Below are positions 11,467 through 26,543 of a DNA stretch of 64,000 nt, in pieces. The notes below the pieces were generated by a model. It saw nothing but the letters and a program-made list of their open reading frames with translations. It made no database searches and was not told where the DNA came from. The stretch lies in the NCBI GenBank assembly GCA_039096225.1, contig JBBPEB010000004.1, positions 930,001 to 994,000 of the forward strand. The letters run 5' to 3'. Source of the DNA: Blastocystis sp. Blastoise (Eukaryota > Protista > Bigyra: Opalinata). How positions within the stretch are numbered: position 1 is the first letter of the stretch; every line of letters starts with the position of its first letter. Made by a program: the position numbers and the translations under genes.

Positions 11467-14400
11467 TTATAGTTTAATACATTGTTGATTAATTACTTTA
11501 CGATCAATATGAAATTGTCTTCCTCTCTTCCTCTTTTTTTGATTTAATACTTGTAGAATAATAATAGTTAGAAGAGTGAATATAAATAATATTATAATGA
11601 GTATATTAGTAAATTGATTACCTATACTTGTATGAGGAATAACTTTTAAACGAATAATACCACTACTTGATCCAGCTGTGTTCATAGTAACTATAGTATA
11701 TACAGTTTCATCCATTGTCTCACTTATAGAACCACTTATAATACCTGTTAATGTATCGAAAGATAATCCTTTAGGTAAATTAGGAAAAATAGCTAAATAA
11801 TATTCAGCAGCTTGAATAGAAGGATAATCAGATTGAAAGAAATTTTGTGTTTCTAAAATATATAATTGTTGTTTATATAGAATGGGTAGAGGAGTATCTA
11901 AAATACAATTACTATATTCTTGCGACCATTCTCCTTCTACACATTGACGCATATAGAAACCAGAGTAATACTTTAAACAAGATCTATAATTCCATTGGCC
12001 ATGAACTGCAGGCATATAACTACCATAACTATTACAATAAGAATCAATCTTCTTACTACTTAAACGAATTTCAGATATTTCCAGACCAGCTGAACAATCT
12101 TGACTTTGAATAAATAAATGATAATATGAATAAGATTGTGTATTATAAAAATTCCAAGATAAAGTACCATTTAGATGATTATATTCCCCAAATTGAATAG
12201 AATAAACAGTTAATAACGTTGTCCATGTGACTTTATCTGTAGATCCAATGAGTATTAATGATGATGGATTATATACATCTTCATGATTCCCACGGGAAAT
12301 AGAAATAGATGAATAAAAGAATATTCCTTGATAAGGTATTTCAATTGAAATATAATCATATTCAGAACAAGTTTTTGTATAAAAATAAGTTTCTGACTGA
12401 TGATCAAAAGCATTTTGAATTGAATGACTATCTTCTTCTGCTTCTATATTATTATTATTATCTTTATCTTTATCTTTATCTTTATCTTTATCTTTATCAT
12501 CTTTATTATTTTTCATATACTTTAAAGAAGAAATATTACTTTTATTATATGTACCATCTATATATATATTTTGTGTATAATTATTATTATGAATATTAGA
12601 TATAGAATTGAATTTCAAATTATTATTATTATTTTCCTCTTCATCAAGTGAAATTGATATATATGAATATAATGGAGTTATATCAACCAAGGTATCACTT
12701 TGAATAAATGTAAGAGAAACACGAAATGTATTATCATTTGTAGAAATAGGTAATTTATTAATAGAATTGTGAATTTCGACTGCAATCACATTCTTTCCAA
12801 GTAAAAATATTCCATTTTGTAAGTATCCCCCTATATAGGTACCATCAGGATTTATGGAACCACTTAAAGAAGGAGTAGAAGCATTAAATGATTGAGGAAG
12901 AAGATAACTATAAAGATGTTTTCCATTTATATATAAAGCAGTTCCTGAATAAGTATATAAATATATAATATAACTTGTACAAGAAGCAATATTACTTAGA
13001 GAAAAACTACTTCTATAATATTGTGTAACAGAAGAGAAACTAGGGAAGTTTCCAGGAGTAATAGTAAGCCAATCAGAATCATCATATGTACGAGAGATCC
13101 AATTGGAAGGAATTAAACGTACATCTTCTAAGAAATACCAATTTTGAGTAAATGGATATATATAATATTCTAATTGTAATGGAATAAGTTTAGGTGATTC
13201 ACCATAAAATACACTATCATATAATAAATCAACATCATCTTTTGTTTTTATAGAAATATACCCTGTTTTCCAACCATCATTTGGGCCATTATATAATGTT
13301 ATAATATAACTTCCAGGACGCAAACAGAAAGATTTCTCATAGGGTGAAGAAGATAAATAATTAATTGATATTTCTGAATAAACAAGTGTACCACTTTCTA
13401 AAGAAAGAGAAAAGCCGTTATGTTTTGGATTCGTCACTGGAATAGTATTCACATCATCTTCTTTCCATAATGGTTCTACATAAGGTAAAGAAAGATTTAT
13501 AGTGAAAAACATATATAGATTAGGACAGTTCATAATAGAGATTGAGAGAGATAATGTTTGTCGACTACCAAATACACTATATGCAGTAATAATATATGAA
13601 GAACTAGTAGTTGATGTATGTGGAATACCAGAGATAGTCCCTGTGAATCCATTGATGTTGATTCCCGCGGGAAGAGCTGGTAATATACTAAAGTCATGAT
13701 AGAATGAAGATGTTGGTTGAAGAAGAACATATGTATCTACATAAATAACTATAGTATTTGATGTATAGGAAAGAGAAGGAGCTATAAGTGTTTGATAATT
13801 ATAAGTATAGAATTCAATTTGACTAATAGCAATAGGAGTTACTGAAGAAGTTACTTGTCCTGTAGAAGAAAGAATAAGAGCAGAAAATGTAAGTTTATAT
13901 TGATTAAAAGATAATGTTTGAGTAGTTAAGAAGAAACATAAATGATTATCAATAGAATTAAGAAATAAATAAGCATGAGAATCAATAGAAGACCATAAAG
14001 AAGGAGAATATGTTTCATTATAAACAGAGAATTTCCAAGATGATATTTGAACTTGTTCTGAAGGAATATAAAAATAAACACAATAATAATTTATATATTC
14101 TTTCTTTAAATTATCAAATTGTCCATGAATAGAATATTCTTTTGTAGAAGAAGAAGAGGAAGTAGAAGTACCTTTAGGGAAAAAAATAGTATTTCTATTG
14201 AAATCGTAAAGAGGAGATGTTTCTGATGTAGTAGCAGTAGCAGTTTGATTGTTTATATCAGTTAAAGAAGATGAGGAGGAGGAGGAAGAAGAAGAAGAAG
14301 ACAATGAAGAAGAAGAAGAAGAAGAAAAATGATGAGAATGAGAATTAGAATTATCATTTAAAACAGTATTATCTTCAACGGAATTCAAATTGATTGTACG

Positions 14401-16159
14401 ACTATTATTATTACTATCATATATATATCGTAATTGACATTGGAAATCTATATTCTTTGCAGTATATTGTCCATATGGAATAATAGCAATAGCAAATAAA
14501 TGATTTCCTGTAGGAATTAATTCGATAGGACCAGTATATGTATGCCATTCAGGCAATTGACTATCTAATAACCCATTACTTGCCAAATTATCAATAGTAA
14601 CTTCATCCTGATCATAATTACTACGAAATAATAGATTTCCATCCAAATAAACAAGAATACCTGCACGAATTAAATAAGAAAACTCAAACATTGTTGGAAA
14701 CATTCCCATGGGAATTGAGCAGTTATAAGTAACACGATATATCCAGATATTACTATATGTATATGGAGGATTTGAATTCGTCGTAATTTCCGGTGGGAAT
14801 GAAATCCAAAGATTGTTAGTAGTAACTTTAGGGCTTTCAGACAATTGTTCTATATATTGTAATGAAGATGAAGAAGAAGATGATGAAGAAGAAGATGATG
14901 AAGAAGAAGAAGATAGATTAGGAGAAGAAATATCTTTAGAAGAAGATAGATTAGGAGAAGAAATATCTTTAGAAGAAGATAGATTAGGAGAAGAAATATC
15001 TTTAGAAGAAGAATAAGGAAAAGTAAGAGATGTTTCAGGAGTGTTAATATCCGTGGGAATAATGAAATCTGGAGAATACCATAGATCAGGAATATATGTA
15101 TAATTAGTATATACATAGGAATGAAGAATAGGTTCAAGTATTGTATTAATAAGAAAAGTAGAAGAAGAAGAATAAAGATGATAAATACTAGTTGAATAAT
15201 GATATAAAAGACTATGAGAGAGAGAAATAATTAAATAGCTTCCATTTCCCCAACCAAGAGTAGACGTAGACGATCCACTAAGTGTATAGATTCCCCGCGG
15301 GAGACAGAGAACTCTAGATATATGATGTTTCTTTTCATGTGTTGGAGATGGATATATAGAGGAATAGGAGCAATAAGTAGAAGAAGTAGTAGTAGTAGTA
15401 GAAGAAGACAGTGAAAAAGATTCAATTAATGGATATGTTGATATAGACGTATATTTATCAATAGTTATTATTGAATTCGTTAACATGTCACATTCTATAT
15501 ATATATATATATAATTATTATTATTATTAATAAAAACAATAATAAAAGCAATAATTTTATTAAAATTAAAACTACCTAATAAAATATATTGATTTTTATA
15601 ATAATATAATTTAATGAATAATAATTATAATCATAATAATTGATTAAATCATATATATAAATATACCCATAACTTGTAAGAATATAGTTGTATTCATAAG
15701 GACATTGACTTTATTACTATATATAGCAAAGATTCGATATTGTTCAGCGTTAGAAACAGTTATAGGAAATCCACTGATGACACCTGTGTCAGGATCTAAG
15801 TGAATACCAGAGGGTAAGTCTGGAGACACAGAGAAACTGGAGAAACCTGTCGAAATAGGAATAATAGGATGTAATTGTATATTATATAATAAATTATAAA
15901 AAGGTATAGTAGTAGTACTAGAAGAAGTAGTAGAAGAAGAAGGAGGAGTAATATCATCACTAGAACTAGAACTAGAACTAAGAGAAGCTGTAGAAGGATA
16001 GAGAAATGTAGGTGCTGTTAAATAGGAAGAAGAAGAGAAGAAAGAGATAGAAGCAATTGATATAGGAACTGTATCACTATCTATATAAACAAATATTACA
16101 TAAGGAGTATATTCATTATAACTTGTTTACAATTTAATATATATATATAATAATTATGT

Positions 16160-16202
<43 letters not shown>

Positions 16203-16457
16203 AATACAAACAAAATAGAAATATATATATAAAGAATAACATACCAAATTTAAACTTTAGTGTTCTGAATGTTCTGACAATATTTTTTAATTCAAAAGTA
16301 TATGTATATCCACTTTTATAAGCATCAATAAGATTCTGAGTATCTAATAAAAACCATTCATCTATGTATATATATATATATAAAATAATAGAATAAGTTG
16401 ATATAAAATTAATTATTAATATTTATTCTAAATAATATTAGAATAGGTAAAAATGTT

Positions 16458-16509
<52 letters not shown>

Positions 16510-17242
16510 TTTCTGTGGATACATCAACATTGGTTTTAGAAGGATCTGCGTAGAGATTTGTCGCCGTACAAGGTTGATGTGTAGGATCTTCATAATCTTC
16601 ATTATATCCGTATAAAGATACAGATAGATATGTAAATAAAGGAGTATGTTTCTCTGTTGATATCTCTGTTGTTATGGAATAACCAGATATATGTTCTTGT
16701 CTATATATAGAGTATACTTATTATTATAACATATAAAATTATTTTATATAATAAATCTTAATAATTAGAATAAATAATAATATATAAGAAATTCTAATAA
16801 TTAGAATAAATAATAATATATAAGAAATTTTTATAATTAGAATAAATAATAATATATAATAAACTTAATAATTAGAATATATAATAATAAAATAAAAATA
16901 AAATTATCTATATAATACTATTGTATATACCTTCCATAGTCTAATATATAAATGATAGAGGTTGGAAAGGATGTGAAGGTATACACAGTATGAATATCAC
17001 GGTCTACTAATGCGTATTGAGGAGCTGAGACATCCTTAGGCTCCTTATAACACTTATAACTGATTGGGAGATCCGTGGGGGTCTGCAGGAGCACTGTGGG
17101 GGATGAATAACGAGGGATTGATGCTATTTAATATATATATATAATTTTTATGAATGATAACAAGAAAAACACATATATATATAGAATAGGTATTAAAATA
17201 TTTAAAAAAAAATGTATATATATATAATAATAAAAGTCAAAA

Positions 17243-17285
<43 letters not shown>

Positions 17286-18787
17286 TTATGTATATATATA
17301 TATACATCCATAGAGAAAGAAACAGTAAGCCATGAATTCGTCTTTATATACATTAGTACTATTTAATCCGTGTACTTCAATAGCTATAGTCAGAATTGTA
17401 GAAGAAGCAATAGAAGGATAAAGAGGAATTGTTACACTATATATATCATTATTAATATTATATATATAATTTTTAAAAAAATGTTTTAAAATGATAAAAT
17501 ATAGAATCAAAAATGTAATAAAGAATAATAAATGTGATAATATTAATATATATATATATATATATATACCTATGAAATGTAAGTGAACTATCAAATCCTG
17601 ATACAAATGTATTTGAAGTAATTTCATCTCTATATATATAATTCTATAAATAAACACAATAAACATATATATATATTTAATATATTTATACAATCCACAA
17701 AATATATAACATTTATATATATTATTATATTTATACAATACAAAAATAGTAAAATTTATATATTTATACAATCAACAAAACATATAACATTATATATATA
17801 CAAAGGTAATAATCTTCTAAATATTTCAGCACCATTTGCATACACAATAAAGCCTTCACGTATACGTACACCGATCTGAAATAAACTGAATTTATCTGCA
17901 TTCTGAGGAAGTGTTGTTTTTCGTCGATAATAACGTGTAATAGACCGAACATCCGGAAGAGTAGAAGAAGAATAAGAAGGCCAATAAGAATCTAAATAAC
18001 TAGAAGTAGTCCATAATAAATTATTTTGTGATTCATATGTATATTTCCAATCATCAAGAGTTGTTATTGGATAATTCGCTGTAAGAAATAATGATATAAA
18101 TAAATATAAATTTATTTAGATAAAAAAAGAAAATAATAATATCATTCATAAATATATAAAATAAATGAATATATATATGATAATAAATAACAAATATATA
18201 TATGATAAACTGAATAATAAAAAAAAATACAATAAAAATAATAAAAAAAATACAACAATAAATGACTTAAAAATACAACAATAAAATAAATTAATAAAAA
18301 AACTATATACGATAAAATAAATAAGAGATAGATTCATATTCATTAAGTGTTAATGAAAGCATTAATATATCGTCAATTGTTCGTATTTCAAGATAAGATC
18401 CATTATCCCATCCATCAAGAGAACTATAAATAAAGACAATAATATAATTGACTACGAGAGAAATAGATATATAAAGAATACCCATCTATTAAGACGATCG
18501 TATGAGCAGTAGGATATAAACAAAGTATATTATCTACTTGAGTACTTTCACTTCCAATCCCAGAAAAAGTACTGACTAAGATTCCATTGTTTTCTTCTCC
18601 TCTCCATACAGAAACAGATTCTTGATATGAGTTTTCTTTGTAATAACGACGAAAAATAAACGAAAGAGAAGGTGATTCACACGTAATGGCGATAACTCCA
18701 CCTAAAGAAACAAGATGAACTAGCCACTGATAATATGAAATTCATACAATATAGTAAACTAATAAGATAAATGATAGAGATCCCCAT
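11467..18787 (-). CDS. Large type I surface protein with repeated carbohydrate-binding/jelly-roll, F5/8-like and putative Ig (He_PIG) modules
   Basis: Signal peptide MGISIIYLISLLYCGVIA after splicing; He_PIG motifs LPSGIHLDPDTGVISG, LPAGININGFTGTISG and LPKGLSFDTLTGIISG; repeated IAIEVH/IAVEIH; C-terminal TM followed by KKRKRGR. About 8 introns, all in the 5' part, then a ~4 kb terminal exon. Confidence 0.75.
14905..15011. repeat. 33-bp coding tandem repeat x3 (SSSKDISSPNL)
   Basis: AGAAGAAGATAGATTAGGAGAAGAAATATCTTT repeated three times inside the terminal exon. Confidence 0.9.
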
Positions 18788-19159
18788 TTCAAGTATAAAA
18801 GAAGAAAAAAGGAATTTGTAAAAAAAACAAAACTATAATTGAGTTCTCCCTACAAAAAATATTATTGTTTATCAAAACGGATTGATTACAAAAATCTCAG
18901 ATAATCTCCAAATGATTAAAAATAATTATATACATTATTCAAATTATCTTTTTGTTTAATAAAAAGTAGTGTAAATAATAGAATAAAACGAAATCAACAA
19001 GTATAGTACAATAAATATGTAAATATAGTACATCGTTGAAAACACAACAAGAATATAGCAATTACTAGTATATGTGATTTCTATCATAATTAAAGAGATA
19101 GTACATCAGAAACAATTATAAAATTAACAAGTATGAATTTTTATATTAATAAACCGTGT

Positions 19160-19865
<706 letters not shown>

Positions 19866-21512
19866 CTATAAGCATCTTATGTGCTTTAATTAATTATTTA
19901 ATTAAATAAATCATAAAAACATACATTAGTTATATATTAATAAATAAGTAAATGTATAATGAGAATAGAAATTTTTTTTTATCAAAGAATCCTAAGTGGA
20001 CGGTAGGCTGGGTAATGTGGACAAGATTGCTAAGTCGACAACGAGAGTTTATAGGCTTTTTGTCCAAATTATAGGCACCTTACCCAATAATTCAAATAAT
20101 GACCCAATAAAGACGACCCCAAAACCACATTTATTTTTTGTTTTCTAAAGAGCTTTCCAAAATTCTGCCTTTTTGTCAAAATAACCAGCATTTTTCTCGA
20201 TACAAACTCGACATTCGTAATTGAGATCTTTTTTATTTAGATATTACTTTTTGTTATCTTCTATCATTAATTTATATTTATTTCTATGTTTTTTTATTTA
20301 TTTCTATTCTATCTTCAATAATAAACTTGTTCTTTTCTTAACTAAGTCTTCTGTACAGTTTTTTGACGTTTTTGTGTGCAATTATCGTCACTATTATTAT
20401 ATACTATTTATAAATATCAACATTGAGTGCGTGAATGTAAATTTTATTAAATACTTTAGCACTATTAAGAAAATAAAATAGAAAAAATGACCTAGTTTTC
20501 TTTTTCTATGGTCCTAGGTATCTGTAAGAGAGTCACTAAACAATAAATTTCTAACTGATTTCAATAAATACCTATAAATAAACACCAAATATACAAACAT
20601 AATTTAATCCCCATTTTTTGGCATGTCGTTTTCCTGATAAAATGACTTTTGAAATGAAAGTTTCCAGTTAAGAAAAGTAATAAAAACAAAAAGAATGACC
20701 TCAAAGATATATGATGATTGATTGGCTGAACCAAAATTATTTTCCACTAATAAGAAAATCGTCAAAGATTATCCAATTATTATCTTTGTCAAGCATCTTA
20801 TTTTTTATAATCACTATACATTTACGTGTCTTGCATTTTTTATTTAGATATAGGCATTATAAGCTTCTAGTAATCTCTATTTAGCACTCATTAGACGATA
20901 TTCATATCTATCATTTCCCAAAACGGAAGTTCGAAACTTTTTTTTGATGAAACTCAATGTTTTTTATTTTCAATTTGTTACGTCGATATTTAGGTTTCAT
21001 TGATATAGTCACCACAACGAATACATATACTATTTTTCTAGAAATTATCAATTTTGTATTTAGACATATTTTATTAAATTATTTTCTATATGACTTAAAT
21101 AGAAAGTTGGTGATTATTTTAGAAATCACGTTTAAATGAAGATTTAAATGAAATCATCAATAGGATAAATTTGAAATATATTTGTTTCATTAATCTAAAT
21201 GTAATATTAGCAAGAATGATATACCACAACAATAAAAGCTCATGAATACATTAACTAATATAAAAATTTAAAAAATTAAAAAACAGAAGAAATACAATAC
21301 ATAAAGAAATGAATATAAAAGAAAATAATAAAATAAAAACAATAAAAAAAAGGAAAAAATGTATATTCAATTCTCATTAGATGTAAAGCGATATATATTT
21401 ATTTATATATGGATTACAAATAAAGATGTATAACTATAGAGAATAATAATAAAACTAAATATGTTTATTTTAAAGAATACAAAGCTGCTAAGAAAGAGAG
21501 TAACAATAAAAA

Positions 21513-21876
21513 CTATGGATCAATTTCCATAGTTGTTGAAGGTAGAATATTTACATTAAAAGAATTAGTATCATTTACCTAGATATAAAAAGAATATAAA
21601 ATTATTTTTTTATTATTGATATAGATAGATAAATAAACTTTATAAATATATACAGATTTTTCATTTTCTTTATCTTTATCATCTATTTCTTTCTTTTTTT
21701 GCCTATAAGATATATAGAATAGTTACAAGTATAGAAAACAGTTTTCTCTTATATTATAATCAATATATATACATAATTCTTACATAAAAAAAAAATCAAA
21801 TGATATATATATATATATAAATAGTAAATATTATATATATAAATAGTGAATATTATATATATATATAGTGAATATT

Positions 21877-21911
<35 letters not shown>

Positions 21912-22872
21912 TTGAGTTGTTGAATAATTTGTTGAGTACATTCAGGATGTAATGAAATAGCAGTTTTCACACAATCATTTAAATTCTTATTATTAACAAG
22001 ATCCCTCATAAAATCTATATATATAATAGAGATAACAAAAAGATATATAAAATATAGATGATAAAAAGATATATAAAAACATAAATAATAAAAAAATAAA
22101 TAAAATATAGATGATAAAAAGATATATAAAAACATAAATAATAAAAAGTTATATAAAATATAAATAATAAAAAGATATATAAAATATAGATAATAAAAAG
22201 ATAATAAAAATAAATGATAAAAAAATAATAAAAAGAAAACAGGATACTTTAACAATGGCAAAAAAAAAAGAGGAACTTATTACATACCAGTCATATATTC
22301 ATTCTTTTGAGCCATTAGTGGATGAACTATCAACGCAGTACATTGAGAAGAAGGATTCAGTTGTAAAGGTAAAGATGGACGGTGTTCATACATAGGATTT
22401 AAATTATCATTACAATTACAAGGAACATTTTGAAAATGATCTGCAAAAGGATTTGGCATAAAGGATACTTCTGTATCCATTTTATTGTCTACTGGATTCA
22501 TAGTATCATTTTCTATTTCTATTGCAGGTGGTTGAATCTCTTCAGCCTCCACAACAGGAGACAAAGTCTTTTCATTCTCGAAAAAATCATTGTAATGAGG
22601 TCGTAACTCTTGACGCATAGAATTATTCCATTCATTCATACCGCAGTCATCCATCGGCCTCTTCATAGTCTTTGTACTATTGAATGATGATGAAGAACCA
22701 CAAACTGAAAAACAACGTTTTATATAATCACAACAGCGACCTAAACATCGTTTTTTACTAGAAAAGAACATATCATCATCAACATCCTATATATTCTTAT
22801 AAAATGAACAGAGAAATACAAACCTACATCATAGCTCATACATCGTTTTGCTTGATTTGACACTGAAGACAT
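21513..22872 (-). CDS. Hypothetical protein, 5 exons
   Basis: In-frame GT-AG splicing from MSSVSNQAKRCMSYD to TTMEIDP*; no family recognised. Confidence 0.6.
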
Positions 22873-23069
22873 ATTCAAATTCTATAAACTTTATATAATT
22901 TAATTTGCTAATTAATATTCGTATGGTAAAAGGTTTTATTTAACTTTAATTATTTCGACTGAAAAAAAGAGAAAAAAAGAAAAAAAGAAACAGGATTAAG
23001 AAAAACGACAAGGCTCTTCTAGAAAGGAACACAATCTTTTTCAACCAAAAGCAAAACAAGGTTCGCCAA

Positions 23070-23179
23070 ACTGTACTTTGAGTACAGTCTGTACTCCAAG
23101 AGAGTTTTTATCTACGCCTTATGCGCCTAAAAGTACCCATGAAACTGGCTCTTTTAGGAAATTTGTACTCCAAGAGAGT
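23070..23179. promoter_or_regulatory. GC-richer intergenic block with an 8-bp hairpin and a 16-bp direct repeat
   Basis: ACTGTACT-TTG-AGTACAGT at 23070-23088; TGTACTCCAAGAGAGT at 23090 and 23164; lies between divergent genes. Confidence 0.4.
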
Positions 23180-23796
23180 CTTCGTGGCGAACCCTGAAGC
23201 AAAATGACTTTTTCGTATTTATTTATCCTTTCTTTTTTTTCACTTATTACGTATTATAAAATGATTATATAAAGTTATTTTGAATTATTCTTATCTTGTG
23301 AAACTGTTTATATATTTAACACTCATAATATCCATTATATAAAATAATATTTTTCTTATAACACCAAATTCCTTGTTTTATTTCAGTGTTTACTGTATTA
23401 TTTTATTCTACTACCGTTTTAATATCATGTGATAAATGAATTTGTAAAATATAACCATTTAGTCTAGAATAAACACATGTCATGAAAAAAAAACTTCATA
23501 TTCACATTTGTAATACAAATGTTCGCATCCTATGTTTCGTTAGATTCATAAAAATATATAATTTTTATAACATTTCAACACATCTCATGGCTAAAGCATG
23601 TATCTTCTCATTAAGATATTCATGAAGTTAATATCCATGATAGTAGATTTCGTATTAATCTTAAATACATCACTTACTTGAAAAATAAATTATTTTTTTA
23701 GAAAAATGACAAACAAAAAGCAGCAAAAAAAAGAAATTTATTTCTTTATAAGTTATTTCTTTTTTAAATATTAATCATACTATTTATAAAAGTCAA

Positions 23797-26512
23797 ATGC
23801 CAAGAAGAAGTAGAAAAGATATTGCTAAGGAAGAAATCAAATTAGAAGAAAACGATCAGTCATCTGAAGATGTATCTTCTCCTCAAGTAACAGAAAATCA
23901 GATTTCAACGATGACAGCATATGATACATGGAAGCAAAACTCTCCATATATCTATGATATTCTTATTCATCACTTTTCTCCATTTCCTGTTCGTTATGCA
24001 GATTGGGGTTGTGTCATTAATGGAGATTCTAAATCAAATAACGTAGGAACAACTCAACTTGTCTATTTAACTTGTAGAAAAGGTATAAAAATATATATAT
24101 AAGTTTGTCATTTTGTTCATAATATATTATTTCATGTCTTTAGTTCATTTAGATATGTTAATTAAAAATTGATTTTTATTGTTATTTAGGGAAAAGTTAT
24201 GATAACAATCGTAACTCTTGGATAGGACCATCGGATCACATTATGATTATGAGTGTAGAGATCTCTCGTCCACGATGTACTCAATTATGGAGTTTAGGTC
24301 GATTTAATCGTAAACAACGAAATCATCTTGTTACACCATTAAATCGTATTACTCATCCAGGATTTATTAGTTTTATGAAGTCTTCTCCTTATTCTCCTAA
24401 TATAATATTTACTATTCCAAGAAGCGCAGAAGGTGATATAGATACTTTTAATAAAGGAGATGAAAGCGATATGAGTAGTTCAAGTATTGATATTGATATT
24501 GACATTGATATAGATACGAATGAAAATGATGAGAAAGAAGAAGAAAATGAAGAAGAAGATAAGAAAGAAGAAGAAGAAGAAAATAAGAATGATAAGAATA
24601 CTAATAATAAGAATAGTAATCAAGAAGATAAAGATAATTCATTAGTGAATACACAATCTAGATTAATCATAGAAGAATTAACAGAAAATTCTATTTTAGT
24701 GAAACAAGAACCAAATGATCAGAATAAATCTCAAGTTAATTCTATTCAAAAACAAAATAGTGAAGAAGATAGTATTATGAATGAAAATAAGAAGGATAAT
24801 AACAATAATAAAGAGAAAGAAAATATAAGCAATAATAAAGAAACTTATCCTATAGATTCTACAGTTGATCTAAATAGTTCTACTATGCAATCGTCTCCTC
24901 TTAATAATAATAATAATATATTTTCAAATCCACCCTCACCTCCTGTGTCTCCTCAAAAAAATGAAGAGTCTCTTGAAAAAGAAGAAGATGAAATGTATTC
25001 TCCTTTGGATAGTATCCAATCAAATGAGTCCATTCATTCTATATCCTCCAATATAATTGAAACACAAAAGAATACAAAGTGTTCGAATTCAAATACTAAT
25101 ATAAAAGTTAATAAAGAGAATAGAGAATTAATAGTAAAATTAGAGTCTTCTTCTCCTGAAGAAGCTTTACAAAAGAATAGTCTATCTATAGATACTGCTA
25201 CAAGTAATAAAAATGATGGTATTTCTACAACTATTTCTATTCATGAATCTCAAGAAACAGATACTGATGATAATTTAGATATAAATACATTAATACATAA
25301 GTCTAATCAAAGTAATAGTAGTGATGATAATGAAGAAGAAAACGAAGAATCTATGAGTAAAGGTAGTAATGATTCTGATTATGGAAGTAGTTCAAAGAAG
25401 AGAAAAAGAGAAGAAGAGGAAGATGAAGAAGATGATATGTATAGTGAAGAAGAAGAGGAGGAAGAAGAAGATGGAAGAAGAAGAAGAGGAAGAAAAAGAA
25501 GAGCAGTTGTACGAAATAGAGAACATGAAAGAAGAGAAAAAGAATTTCAAAATGAAAAACAACGAATACTTAATGCCAAACGATACTCTAAATGTATATT
25601 ATTATATTTATATTATTATTATTATTTATATTTAAATTTATCATTTGTTTTCTATGAATTCACAATTATTTTATTTCGTAGTCCTCATTGAATATATATT
25701 TATATCTATTACTAAATATCTCTTTTTCTTTTATTCTTTTTATTCTCCTTTAAATCTATCATAACTCTCTCCTCTATATATATATATATATAGATAACCC
25801 TGTATATATATGGAATACATCTCTCTTAAGTTCCAATCAATCTAAAGAAACAAAAGAAATCACTCTACCTAATTCAGTGTATATTATTATTATTATTTTA
25901 TTATTATTATATTATTATTATATTATTATTATATTATTATTATATTATTATTATATATATATATATTCCTATATTTTATATATTTATTTATTGTTAATTA
26001 TCATTAGTTTATTATATACATATATTATCAATTATATATATAGTCTCTATTCATCAGCACCCATTCAGTCCGATACACTCACTCCTTCTCAATATAATAA
26101 TACTGTTATTGCTATCGATATTCACGGGGAACTCGTGAAATGGGAAATTAAAGGCATGAATCAATCCAATTTTGGATGTATATATCCTAATATTTAAAAT
26201 TATTATTATTATATATATATTGATATCTATAAAAAATATATTTGTATATTTAGCTACCTTTCAACGATTCTCTTCTGTATATGTATCCAATCCCCGTGGT
26301 TATTCCCGCAATCATGTTACTTCTCTCTGTTGTGATTACTGCTATATTAACGGAAACACGTCACATACCTTCGTCACGGGTAGCGATGACTCCGTCATTG
26401 GTCTCTTCGATGACCGAGTAGGAAAGAAAGTTGTTAAAGAAGTACATATATATATACATTCATTATATTACCAAATTATATTTCTCTTAATTATATCGAT
26501 AATATTTTTTAA

Positions 26513-26543
<31 letters not shown>

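Noticed and set aside
19990-21300. Gene-free stretch with CCAAT-like boxes as a hidden gene or transposon
   Set aside because: No coding-like ORF, terminal repeats or recognisable RNA; probably promoter/intergenic DNA.
22460-22468. Minus-strand GTATCCTTT U12-like motif
   Set aside because: Lies inside a continuous open exon (EVSFM), so no intron is needed.
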